Source of the DNA: a virus
Taxonomy: Duplodnaviria > Heunggongvirae > Uroviricota > Caudoviricetes
Direction: 5' to 3' (one strand)
IMG/VR virus record: IMGVR_UViG_3300042401_002002
Length of the DNA: 64,000 nucleotides
Shown: piece by piece, positions 29,737 through 38,496 of the stretch
Layout of the letters: every line of letters starts with the position of its first letter
How positions within the stretch are numbered: the stretch's first letter is position 1
Notes under the pieces: generated by a model
What the model was told of the DNA's origin: nothing
Databases searched by the model: none
Seen by the model: only the letters and a program-made list of their open reading frames with translations
Position numbers and translations under genes: made by a program

Positions 29737-29738
29737 CT

Positions 29739-30146
29739 ATGAAAAAAATAGCAATGTATGACCTTGAAGGTTATCTACTAGAGGTATTTGAAGTTGAGAC
29801 TTACGTTGAACTTGAAAGACAATTAAAACTACCTCAAGCAAGTATTTACTCTTGTGTTAATAACAGACAACATCAGGTTAAGAATAGACAGTTTAAAGAG
29901 ATAAAAGGTGAAAGAGTTGCATTGCAAAAAATAGGCGATGTGTCAATGTTAGTCAATGGAAGTACAGAGTATAAAACAATACTTAAACTATACAAAGAAC
30001 GTGTAATATGTGCTTATGAATCTTTGCAAGAAGCTTCTTTTAAAAACAAAATAAGTGACACTTCTATAAAAATTTGTCTTAATGGTAAAACTAGCAATGC
30101 TGGAGGGTTTGAATGGAAATATGCAGATAGTTTAAATGATAATTAA
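29739..30146 (+). CDS. Free-standing protein with two NUMOD1-like DNA-binding repeats (homing-endonuclease remnant?)
   Basis: SLQEASFKNKISDTSIKICLNGKTSNAGGFEWKYA fits the I-TevI-type S..EA...IS..SI....NGK...GGF.WKY pattern. Confidence 0.45.
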   Translation: MKKIAMYDLEGYLLEVFEVETYVELERQLKLPQASIYSCVNNRQHQVKNRQFKEIKGERVALQKIGDVSMLVNGSTEYKTILKLYKERVICAYESLQEASFKNKISDTSIKICLNGKTSNAGGFEWKYADSLNDN

Positions 30147-30318
30147 TATGATTAAAAGAATTATCCAACAAATCATAGACAAATTGTTTTGTTTACATGA
30201 ATATGAAGAAAAACATTATAGAAACGTAATGGAAAATGAAAGTGACACTTTACCGTTATATTCTAAAGTAACATACATGTGCAAAAAATGTGGCAAGATT
30301 AAACAAATTAAACTTTAA
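30136..30318 (+). CDS. Small zinc-ribbon-like protein
   Basis: CLHEY...CKKCGK. Confidence 0.4.
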   Translation: MIINMIKRIIQQIIDKLFCLHEYEEKHYRNVMENESDTLPLYSKVTYMCKKCGKIKQIKL

Positions 30319-30320
30319 CT

Positions 30321-30575
30321 ATGCAAAAGATTACCTGCATTAACGATAAAAACAAACCCAATGATATTTCTAACAAACATTGGATTAAAGCTGAACAAGA
30401 ATACACACCTGTTAAGATTATTAGGTCAAAATTAACCGGAGACCATTATTTTGTTTTAGAGGAAGTTAAACCCGACAACCCTTTGTATGGTGGTTATAAT
30501 GTAAACAGATTTGCAATCAGAGTTTCGATAAAAGATTTTATTGAAGAAAACGAACTTGAATTAATTGAGAAATAG
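30321..30575 (+). CDS. Hypothetical protein
   Basis: 84-aa ORF. Confidence 0.45.
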   Translation: MQKITCINDKNKPNDISNKHWIKAEQEYTPVKIIRSKLTGDHYFVLEEVKPDNPLYGGYNVNRFAIRVSIKDFIEENELELIEK

Positions 30576-30577
30576 TT

Positions 30578-30700
30578 ATGAATAAAAAATTTATTGCAAC
30601 TCTTATTATACTAGCTGTTGTTACAACAATGTGTTTTGTTTTAACAAGTTGTAGAAAGAAACCTGCTTCATGTCCGACATTTAATTATTGTAAACGATGA
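30578..30700 (+). CDS. 40-aa lipoprotein-like peptide
   Basis: MNKKFIATLIILAVVTTMCFVLTSC lipobox. Confidence 0.3.
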   Translation: MNKKFIATLIILAVVTTMCFVLTSCRKKPASCPTFNYCKR

Positions 30701-31161
30701 GAATATATAATTCTAACAACATAATTAGATATAAAAATAATTATTATTGTAAGGTTAAAATTAAAACAGTTAACATACAGTTTAAATATTTAACTAAGTC
30801 ACCAATCTTAGTTGTTGAAGATGAACCTTATATGTTAGGTGAACCTGTTTGTTTATTTGAAACAGATAATAAGAAAATAACTGAATCTTGTCATATAGTT
30901 GAATACCAAGGGCAAGAAGAACATTTATTAAACAAATTTGTTCCTTACAATATACCTGATAGTTTATCTAATTTACATGACACTAACGAAATACAAGATT
31001 TTAATGTGTTATTAATTAAAGCTAAAAAAGTATTTGGTTTATATTTCATTGATGAACAAGATGATAATATTATATTTGAATCAACATTTAAAGATTTTCA
31101 TAAAATAGAAACTAAATTTGAAAAATGGTTTTATAATTTTAAAGAAAAATATTTTATATAA
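30697..31161 (+). CDS. Hypothetical protein
   Basis: 154-aa ORF. Confidence 0.45.
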   Translation: MRIYNSNNIIRYKNNYYCKVKIKTVNIQFKYLTKSPILVVEDEPYMLGEPVCLFETDNKKITESCHIVEYQGQEEHLLNKFVPYNIPDSLSNLHDTNEIQDFNVLLIKAKKVFGLYFIDEQDDNIIFESTFKDFHKIETKFEKWFYNFKEKYFI

Positions 31162-31168
31162 AATGTGT

Positions 31169-31195
31169 AACCTTATTAATTTGTTTGCGTTAAAG
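31169..31195 (+). promoter_or_regulatory. Class-A promoter (aaccttattaatTTGTTTGCGTTaaag)
   Basis: Motif family. Confidence 0.5.
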
Positions 31196-31203
31196 ACTAA
31201 TAT

Positions 31204-31386
31204 ATGAATTACAAAGAACTATTAAAAAATGCAGAAGAATATTACTCTGGTAATAAAATGAAATTAGATAACAGACATATTGTTACTATCAAAAGTTTAA
31301 CTCCAAACTTTATGTTTTCAACAGTTTATGTTGATAATGAAAATGATTCTTGGGATGTTATGTCAAATAGGTTAAAAAAGATTTAA
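31204..31386 (+). CDS. Hypothetical small protein
   Basis: 60-aa ORF. Confidence 0.4.
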   Translation: MNYKELLKNAEEYYSGNKMKLDNRHIVTIKSLTPNFMFSTVYVDNENDSWDVMSNRLKKI

Positions 31387-31447
31387 AATAATTTTGTTTT
31401 ATCGAAAACTAATTGTAAGTTTGTAAAGTCATTAATTTATTAAGGAA

Positions 31448-31657
31448 ATGTTAAAGAATATTATCATAATTATTATCGCTCTAGTTGTAATTTTAAATCT
31501 AATATTAACAGGGTTTAAATTACTATCCGAACCAAATGATTTAGCTTTCTATTTTGGTTTTGTTGTGTTGTTCGTTTTACCTGCAACAATTATTTATCTT
31601 ACATATCAAATCATTAAAAAATCGTTTAAAAACAAAAATGAAAAAGTTAATCTTTAA
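31448..31657 (+). CDS. Small membrane protein
   Basis: Two hydrophobic helices. Confidence 0.4.
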   Translation: MLKNIIIIIIALVVILNLILTGFKLLSEPNDLAFYFGFVVLFVLPATIIYLTYQIIKKSFKNKNEKVNL

Positions 31658-32459
31658 TTTAGCTATTGTAGCTACACTATTATCATTTTTCTCATGTAGA
31701 GAAAAAATTGATGCAGGAAATGTTGGTTTATTAATTAATCAGTATGGCACAGGAAAAGGACAAGGTGTTGAAATTGTTGCAGGTTCAACTTGGTACAATC
31801 CTTGGACAGAAGATGTAATTCAAGTTCCAGCCTTTGTTCAACACAAAGAATTTGAAAAAGTTACTGTTAATGATAAAAACGGTACTGAGTGGACAATGAC
31901 ACCAACATTGGACTATAGAATTGAAAAAGGTACTATTTCTGATACTTACAGAAAATACAGAAAACCTTTAGCTGAACTTGAAGAAGGTGTTATTAAAACT
32001 ATTGTGAAAGAATCTTGTAGATTTATCATTAATAATTACAGCACTGATTCAATTATGGGTTCAAGAGGTGATATTGAAAAACAAATCAAAGCTAGAATTA
32101 AAATCACACTTCAAAGTGAAGGATTTAATACAGAAAACTTTACTTCAGGTCTATACCCACCTAAAGCAATCACTGAATCTATCACCTTAAAAAACCGTGC
32201 CATCCAAGACGCAATGCGAATTGAGAACGAAGTAAAGTCAACAGAAGCTGAAGCCAAGAAAAAGGTTGCTCAAGCAAAAGGTAGCGCTGAAAGTTTACTT
32301 ATCAATGCAAGAGCTGAAGCTGAAGCAAATAGATTAAAACAACAATCATTAACACCAATGTTAATCCAACAACAATGGATTCAAAAATGGAATGGTAATC
32401 TACCAGAAACTATGACTGGTTCCGGTTCAAATCTAATGATTGGAATTAACAAACAATAA
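31641..32459 (+). CDS. SPFH/band-7 (prohibitin/HflK-like) lipoprotein
   Basis: Lipobox MKKLIFNLAIVATLLSFFSC; SPFH-like core followed by an Ala/Glu-rich coiled region (AEAKKKVAQAKGSAESLLINARAEAEANRLK). Confidence 0.65.
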   Translation, partial: KKLIFNLAIVATLLSFFSCREKIDAGNVGLLINQYGTGKGQGVEIVAGSTWYNPWTEDVIQVPAFVQHKEFEKVTVNDKNGTEWTMTPTLDYRIEKGTISDTYRKYRKPLAELEEGVIKTIVKESCRFIINNYSTDSIMGSRGDIEKQIKARIKITLQSEGFNTENFTSGLYPPKAITESITLKNRAIQDAMRIENEVKSTEAEAKKKVAQAKGSAESLLINARAEAEANRLKQQSLTPMLIQQQWIQKWNGNLPETMTGSGSNLMIGINKQ

Positions 32460-32466
32460 AAACCAA

Positions 32467-32508
32467 AACCTATGTAGATTTGAAATACATTCTACATAGG
32501 TTTTAAAA
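32467..32508 (+). terminator. Rho-independent terminator
   Basis: 12-bp stem aacctatgtaga/tctacataggtt followed by tttt. Confidence 0.65.
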
Positions 32509-32512
32509 ACAT

Positions 32513-32663
32513 GGTTCTGTAGGTTTTACTTGGTCGCACCAGTATTACTGAAATTGGGTTCCTGATGATTTCTTGTTCGTAAGATAACAATATTCTAGAT
32601 AGTTATAATTACGAGCAAGTTAATATGTAAGGGATGTTGTTGGTTCGATTCCGACCAGAGCCA
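32513..32663 (+). tRNA. tRNA-like element. The firm part is a 3' module (32616..32663) with T-arm GTTGG-TTCGATT-CCGAC and acceptor strand CAGAGCC-A; a complementary GGTTCTG sits 144 nt upstream. It is either a partial tRNA (att core?) or an atypically long tRNA-like RNA
   Basis: Canonical T-loop GGTTCGATTCC and 7-nt acceptor seen directly. No D or anticodon arm could be folded from the intervening 100 nt. Confidence 0.3.
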
Positions 32664-32680
32664 CTTAAATTTAAAGTAAA

Positions 32681-32953
32681 ATGAAAAAACTTATATTAAT
32701 TTTATCAGCAATAACTTTACTTAGTTGTTCTGAATATAATGAACAAAGAGAGTGTTATAGTGGAACTTTAGTTGTTTTGAAGAAAGAAACCCAATCAGGT
32801 GTTAGAGGTGTTGGTTATTGGTATTTTCTATACATCTTTGATGGTAAAGAAGCTAAATATTATCAAACCTCAGAAAAAGATTATAACAAATATAATGTTA
32901 ACGATACATTACCAACATTGGTTCTTAAAACAACTTTAACTAAAAATAAATAA
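32681..32953 (+). CDS. Small lipoprotein
   Basis: MKKLILILSAITLLSCSE lipobox. Confidence 0.5.
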   Translation: MKKLILILSAITLLSCSEYNEQRECYSGTLVVLKKETQSGVRGVGYWYFLYIFDGKEAKYYQTSEKDYNKYNVNDTLPTLVLKTTLTKNK

Positions 32954-32954
32954 T

Positions 32955-33362
32955 ATGTTAAATTCTGAAACAATAAAAAATAAATTTCTTAAAGAAAAAG
33001 AAGAATATCTTAAAACTTTAAAAGAAAACGACACAGTAGTCTTTGAATATCAATTTACATTTAAAGGTTTTACTGTATATGTTTATTACGAGGATGATGA
33101 AACTGTACATTACAGTATTACATCAATAGTTATTAAAGGGAATGAATATGTACTACCTGAAAGAGTTGTTGATAGTTTAACTGAAATTGAAGATTTAAAT
33201 CACTTAGAAGATTATATATTTGCGATTGAAAATCGTGATTTTGATTGGATTAAAAGTCTTTATAGTGATTTATTAAAAATAAATGAAAAATACATTGATA
33301 ATTCATTTACTGATGAAGCAACTGTTGTTAATTTAATCTACCACTTACTACCAATAGAATAA
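32955..33362 (+). CDS. Hypothetical protein
   Basis: 135-aa ORF. Confidence 0.45.
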   Translation: MLNSETIKNKFLKEKEEYLKTLKENDTVVFEYQFTFKGFTVYVYYEDDETVHYSITSIVIKGNEYVLPERVVDSLTEIEDLNHLEDYIFAIENRDFDWIKSLYSDLLKINEKYIDNSFTDEATVVNLIYHLLPIE

Positions 33363-33542
33363 TATGAATCTAGTCAACTCCTGGGTCTTGGAAGTACTTT
33401 CTGAACCTGAATTTAAATATAATTTTTACTTTGTTAAAGTTAAAGCGATTGCTGAAGGTTCTGAATTTCAAACTGATATAATGGTTGAAACATTAGAACA
33501 AGCTTTATCAATTAAAAAAGATTATAAATTTCTTAGTTAAAA
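33363..33542 (+). CDS. Hypothetical 59-aa protein (under the track cutoff)
   Basis: MNLVNSWVLEVLSEPEF... ORF filling the gap before the next promoter. Confidence 0.3.
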
Positions 33543-33545
33543 CGT

Positions 33546-33571
33546 AACCTTATTAATTTATTTGCGTTAAA
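33546..33571 (+). promoter_or_regulatory. Class-A promoter (aaccttattaatTTATTTGCGTTaaac)
   Basis: Motif family. Confidence 0.5.
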
Positions 33572-33616
33572 CACCTTAAATCAACAACGAAGTTGGTTTG
33601 TTAAATATAAAATGTT

Positions 33617-33826
33617 ATGTTAGAAAGAATGCTAAAATACAAATTGTTGTTCTTCCTTGTAGGTTCACCAATCATCACTGTTGTTTTATTCAACAAAACA
33701 ATGAATTATATAGGTTTACATTTCCAAAGAAATAGTGAAATGTACCACATCAGTAAAACAATATTTCTTATGTTGATATTCGTTTTGATTTATAAATTCA
33801 GAAAACAAATATTTAAATTGTTTTAA
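33617..33826 (+). CDS. Small membrane protein
   Basis: Hydrophobic 69-aa ORF. Confidence 0.4.
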   Translation: MLERMLKYKLLFFLVGSPIITVVLFNKTMNYIGLHFQRNSEMYHISKTIFLMLIFVLIYKFRKQIFKLF

Positions 33827-33828
33827 TT

Positions 33829-34032
33829 ATGGGAAAACCGTATACCTTTAAATATATTATTAATACAGTTTCAACATTAGTATTAATATTATGTGGTGCT
33901 TTCTTATTACCTATCATGTTCAACTTTTCAGTTGTTCCGGAATCAGAAAAAGATGTTAACTTCTATTTGTTAATGATTGATATTAGTTTAGGTTCAATTA
34001 GTTGGTTTATTAGTTATTTGAGTAAAGAATAA
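33829..34032 (+). CDS. Small membrane protein
   Basis: Hydrophobic 67-aa ORF. Confidence 0.4.
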   Translation: MGKPYTFKYIINTVSTLVLILCGAFLLPIMFNFSVVPESEKDVNFYLLMIDISLGSISWFISYLSKE

Positions 34033-34036
34033 AAGC

Positions 34037-34381
34037 ATGACACCACCTGTTATATTACTATTAATATGTTTAGGCATATTAATACTCTTCGCAACTATTA
34101 TGTTTTCAATAGTAGCTTACAAAATTATGAAAAGAGAACCAGTTATCTACAAGTTAGAAGAACTAAGAGGTTGGGGGAATTCAATACATCTTGATAGAGC
34201 TGATGACAATGGTAAAATTACAGCACATGGTTGGATTTCAAGACCTTATGTAAACAAAGGTGATTTTCTAACTTATAAACATTTCGATGGTTCTGAAGTA
34301 AAACTTAAGTTTACTAAAGTAAAATATTGTAACGACCCTCGTGATATGTTCTTTGCTGAACTTAAACAATTTGATAAATAA
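34037..34381 (+). CDS. Membrane-anchored protein
   Basis: N-terminal transmembrane helix then a soluble domain. Confidence 0.45.
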   Translation: MTPPVILLLICLGILILFATIMFSIVAYKIMKREPVIYKLEELRGWGNSIHLDRADDNGKITAHGWISRPYVNKGDFLTYKHFDGSEVKLKFTKVKYCNDPRDMFFAELKQFDK

Positions 34382-34854
34382 TGAGTCACCACGTATATGT
34401 TATTTCTGACCCTCACTTTGGTCACGAAAACATGGCAATTAAACGAGGTTTTAGTTGTTCAGAAGAACATGATAATTATATTATTCAGGAATGGAATAAA
34501 GTTGTAAATAAAAATGATACAGTTTGGATTCTTGGCGATATTACAATGGAAACAACTAAACATTATTATTTACTTAACAAGTTAAAAGGAATTAAAAATG
34601 TTGTTTTAGGTAACCACGATTTACCACAACATATCCCGGAACTAATGAAATATGTAAATAAAGTTTGTGGTTCTGTTAAACTTAAAGGTTGTATATTAAC
34701 ACACATACCAATTCATCCACATGAAATTGGTAGATTCAAATATAATATATTTGGTCACTTGCACGATGAAATAATCAATCACGATAAATACATTAATGTT
34801 TGTTGTGAACAAATTAACTATAAACCTGTTTTATTAAACGATTTAATATGTTAG
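34381..34854 (+). CDS. Metallophosphoesterase (calcineurin-like Ser/Thr phosphatase family)
   Basis: DPHFGH, GDI and GNHD motifs in the canonical order. Confidence 0.75.
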   Translation: MSHHVYVISDPHFGHENMAIKRGFSCSEEHDNYIIQEWNKVVNKNDTVWILGDITMETTKHYYLLNKLKGIKNVVLGNHDLPQHIPELMKYVNKVCGSVKLKGCILTHIPIHPHEIGRFKYNIFGHLHDEIINHDKYINVCCEQINYKPVLLNDLIC

Positions 34855-35129
34855 AAAATATCATACAATTTTGTATATTTGTATTATCAGCATCAGCTAT
34901 TTGGTTTGTTGGGTCCACAGAAAAGTGGTCAAAATATGGTTATGTTCTTGGTTTACTTAGTCAACCATTTTGGTTCTACTCAACTATTACCAAAGAACAA
35001 TATGGAATGCTTTGCTTAACAGTATTCTATACGTATAGCTGGGGTCGTGGTTTTTATAATCATTTTATAAAAAAGAAAGAAATTACAATTGAAGAACGAG
35101 TTGCACAGGTTTATACTGATATTGATTAA
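34848..35129 (+). CDS. Membrane protein
   Basis: 93-aa ORF with two hydrophobic segments. Confidence 0.45.
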   Translation: MLENIIQFCIFVLSASAIWFVGSTEKWSKYGYVLGLLSQPFWFYSTITKEQYGMLCLTVFYTYSWGRGFYNHFIKKKEITIEERVAQVYTDID

Positions 35130-35132
35130 TAA

Positions 35133-35675
35133 ATGAAGAAAATACAATTCACCGAAGAAGAACTTTTACTATTATTAAACGATGTAGTAAAAGAACAACA
35201 AAATAAAGTAGAAATTTGGACCAACAATCTTTCGTTAAAAGAAGTTGTTGAAAAAGTTGGTTTTAAAATAGTTAAACAATGAAACTAGAAATAGCAAATT
35301 ATAGTGATAGAAGATTTATTACAAGTAAATCGTTTGAAGTAATAAATAAGGAAATCCCTGTTAAAGAATATTGGTTTAACAACTTAAGAATATATGAAAG
35401 ATGAAATTAAATATCGATAACTTATATACAATTTCTTTTGAAGAAAGTAATGCGTATTTCTTTCTTATACAATTAACCCCAGCAAAGAAACATTTACTAA
35501 ACAATCTAAGGATTTATAAAAGATGAAACTAATAGTTGCTTCAAATCCATATATCTATTTTAATTCAACTGATAGTTTCAGAGAATTATTTAATTTTATT
35601 ACTAACGGAGATAAAATTAAGTTAGATAATTGGATGAATAAAAATAAACCTGATTTTATAGTAATGAAAAGATAA
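35133..35675 (+). other. Locus B of the mini-gene family: four overlapping mini-ORFs (35133..35282, 35279..35404, 35401..35526, 35523..35675)
   Basis: ATGA overlaps; C-termini YWFNNLRIYER and LNNLRIYKR; N-termini MKLEI, MKLNI, MKLIV. Confidence 0.55.
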
Positions 35676-35689
35676 TTTTGTTTTATTGC

Positions 35690-35717
35690 AACCTTTTGTT
35701 TAGATTTGCGTTAGAAT
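35690..35717 (+). promoter_or_regulatory. Class-A promoter (aaccttttgttTAGATTTGCGTTagaat)
   Basis: Motif family; TAgaTTTG fits the Bacteroidetes -7 box. Confidence 0.5.
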
Positions 35718-35737
35718 CATTATAAAATAACTAAACT

Positions 35738-36016
35738 ATGAAATCACATATTTTACCATTCCTTGCAGGTTGTTTCTTAATAACAACTATTGCAGCAACA
35801 TCACCAAAGGTTCAAGAAATACTAACCTTCAAACCAGCACAACCTAAGTTAGTTGTTTCTCAGACATTTGAACATGTTTCGTTAAACACAATAAATAACT
35901 TTATTTTATCTAAAGCTAGAGAAGGCTACATACTTAAAAGTAATAGTTTAGGTATAATAACAAGTGCTGGTTACTCAAATGAATATTCAGCAATCGTAAC
36001 ATTAGAAAAATATTAA
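35738..36016 (+). CDS. Secreted small protein
   Basis: Signal-peptide-like N-terminus. Confidence 0.45.
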   Translation: MKSHILPFLAGCFLITTIAATSPKVQEILTFKPAQPKLVVSQTFEHVSLNTINNFILSKAREGYILKSNSLGIITSAGYSNEYSAIVTLEKY

Positions 36017-36020
36017 TATT

Positions 36021-36551
36021 ATGGAATTAAAAATCAACAACAAATATATTTTGCTTGAAAAGAATAATGATTATGTTTTCAAAGCATTAATTAATGATGT
36101 TACTAAAACATCTATTCAAATTACTAACTTAGATAACGGAAGTGGTCCTGTTAGAACATTATTAACAGCGTTTCATGAACAACTTGATGTTATTGAGTTT
36201 ATTGATGATAAACAAATAGAATCTCAAATAACAAATTCTATAAATAAATTAAATAAACTAGATAACATAGTAACTAAAGAACTTGTCTCTTTACCGACTA
36301 AGGTAATAAAAGATAATTTAGAAATAGAATCAGCAATGATGAATGTTTTTCTAGAAAATCAAAAACCTTTAGAACCGGATTTTCAAGATGCACTTAATGA
36401 GTTAACTAAAGAATCCGGAAAGGAAATACCAATTCGTTTTATTTCACCTCAAATTAATGTTCGTGAAATTGATAATATTATTTCTGATGAACCAGATTAC
36501 ATTCAACCAACCAAACCTTTAACAAACAATTGGTGTTTTAAAAGCAAGTAA
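36021..36551 (+). CDS. Hypothetical protein
   Basis: 176-aa ORF. Confidence 0.5.
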   Translation: MELKINNKYILLEKNNDYVFKALINDVTKTSIQITNLDNGSGPVRTLLTAFHEQLDVIEFIDDKQIESQITNSINKLNKLDNIVTKELVSLPTKVIKDNLEIESAMMNVFLENQKPLEPDFQDALNELTKESGKEIPIRFISPQINVREIDNIISDEPDYIQPTKPLTNNWCFKSK

Positions 36552-36611
36552 ATAATCTTTAATTTTATGGAAGTTTTATTTAATTTCTACTATTTAAAAT
36601 AAATAACTACA

Positions 36612-37184
36612 ATGTACTACAAACTATCTGATTACGCAAAAAAATTTAACATTACCTACCGTGCAGCGTGGAATCGCTTCAAAGCTGGTAAAATTAAAGA
36701 TGCTTTTGTTGATGATACAAACCATGTTTGTATCCCTGTTCATAAAATGGACTCAATGTCTAAAAACATGGTAATTTATTCCAGAGTTTCTTCTAATGAA
36801 ATGAAAGAAAACTTAGAACGTCAATCTGAAAGATTGACCAACTACGCTATCTCTAACGGTTATACTATCATTAAAGTTGTTAAAGAAGTAGGCTCTGGTC
36901 TGAACGACCACAGACCTAAACTTATGAAAGTTTTAACAGACAACAACTTTGATTTTATTTTAGTTGAAAATAAAGATAGATTAACCCGTTTCGGGTTTAA
37001 TTATCTTGAAACTCTTTTAAAAACTCAAAACAAACAAATTATCGTTGTTAACAATACAAATGATGATAAAACAGATATCATTAATGATTTAGTTTCTATT
37101 ATCTACTCATTCTCTGCCCGTATCTACGGGTTAAGAAGAGCTAAAAACAAACAAAAAGAAATACTTAATATTATAAATAATTAA
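36612..37184 (+). CDS. tnpA: IS607-type TnpA: MerR-like HTH followed by a serine-recombinase catalytic domain
   Basis: N-terminal HTH (YKLSDYAKKFNITYRAAWNRF) then VIYSRVSSNEMKENLERQ with the catalytic Ser. Confidence 0.8.
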   Translation: MYYKLSDYAKKFNITYRAAWNRFKAGKIKDAFVDDTNHVCIPVHKMDSMSKNMVIYSRVSSNEMKENLERQSERLTNYAISNGYTIIKVVKEVGSGLNDHRPKLMKVLTDNNFDFILVENKDRLTRFGFNYLETLLKTQNKQIIVVNNTNDDKTDIINDLVSIIYSFSARIYGLRRAKNKQKEILNIINN

Positions 37185-37191
37185 TTCTTTA

Positions 37192-38496
37192 ATGTACGTT
37201 ACTGAAAAACATATAATCAACAAATTACATCGCTTCTACGAAGAGATTGATTCTCTGTGTTTTAAAAGTAAAAACTTGTATAATAAAGCTCTTTATACTG
37301 TAAGACAAGAATTTATTAATACTTCTAAATTAAAAGAACAAGGCATGGTTGACCATGCTAATTATTTTAATTATTATGATATTAATAGACAATTCATTGA
37401 CAGTAAAGATGTTGATTATTATAATTTACCTGTTAAAATTAGTAATCAAACCCTTATGTTGGTTGATAAGAACTTTAAATCTTTCTTTGCTTTATGTAAA
37501 AAGTACAAAAGCAACAAAAATAATTTAACAGGTAGACCAAAGTTACCTAACTACTTGCACAAAACCAAGGGTCGTTACGTAGTAACGTATGAACTTGGTG
37601 CAATATCTAGCAAGTTTTTAAAACAAAATGTAATTAAACTAAGTGGGACTAACATTGAAGTACCCGTCATTAACAAACACAACGGTGTTTTAAAAATGGT
37701 ACGATTAGTACCCATGTCAAATAAAAAATATAAAATTGAAGTTGTTTATGATGTAGAAGAAAAGAACATGAATTTAAATAAAGACAATATAATAAGTATT
37801 GATTACGGAGTTAATAATTTAATGACTATAACATCAAATGTAGAAGGCTTTCAGCCTCGTATAATTAAAGGTGGTCATGTTAAATCAATAAATCAGTTTT
37901 ATAATAAAGTCAAAAGTGAGTTGCAGTCGCAACTACCAAACCATTCTAGTTTGAAAGACAAAGAAGGTAAACCTCAAATCTTACAGAACTCTAATAAGAT
38001 TAACACTTTAACACATAAGCGTAACTGTAAGATTGAACATGAGTTTCATGAGTACACAAACAAAATATTGCAACTGTGTTTACAGTATAATATTGGTACA
38101 ATAGTTATAGGTTGTAACAAGGGTTGGAAACAGGGAACAAATATGTCAAAGAAAGTTAACCAAAACTTTGTTTCGATACCTTACACAAAACTGACACATC
38201 AGTTAAAGTACAAAAGTGAGTTGATAGGTAATGTTGTTGTGGAACAAGAGGAAAGTTACACATCAAAGGCAAGCTTTGTTGATGATGACTTGATACCCAC
38301 CTACAATAAAAACCAAGCTAAGAGTTACAGTTTCAGTGGAAACCGTAAGCTAAGAGGTTTATACGTTACAAAATTAGGTATCAAAGTTAACTCAGATGTA
38401 AACGGTAGTTATAATATACTGAGAAAGTATATGTTAAGTATCGGTAGGATATTAGACAGCAGTCGCTGTAAATTAGTACCGATAATAATAGATTAA
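37192..38496 (+). CDS. tnpB: TnpB (RuvC-like RNA-guided nuclease family); the zinc-finger Cys pairs appear to be absent
   Basis: RuvC-I SIDYGVNNL, RuvC-II EESYTSKASFVDD and RuvC-III DVNGSYNILRKY are present, but there is no CxxC..CxxC between II and III. Confidence 0.8.
   Translation: MYVTEKHIINKLHRFYEEIDSLCFKSKNLYNKALYTVRQEFINTSKLKEQGMVDHANYFNYYDINRQFIDSKDVDYYNLPVKISNQTLMLVDKNFKSFFALCKKYKSNKNNLTGRPKLPNYLHKTKGRYVVTYELGAISSKFLKQNVIKLSGTNIEVPVINKHNGVLKMVRLVPMSNKKYKIEVVYDVEEKNMNLNKDNIISIDYGVNNLMTITSNVEGFQPRIIKGGHVKSINQFYNKVKSELQSQLPNHSSLKDKEGKPQILQNSNKINTLTHKRNCKIEHEFHEYTNKILQLCLQYNIGTIVIGCNKGWKQGTNMSKKVNQNFVSIPYTKLTHQLKYKSELIGNVVVEQEESYTSKASFVDDDLIPTYNKNQAKSYSFSGNRKLRGLYVTKLGIKVNSDVNGSYNILRKYMLSIGRILDSSRCKLVPIIID

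Noticed and set aside
32513-32663. A complete functional tRNA gene
   Set aside because: At 151 nt it is twice normal length. Only the T-arm and acceptor pair convincingly, and no D-arm or anticodon stem-loop could be folded by eye. It is kept as a tRNA-like 3' fragment.
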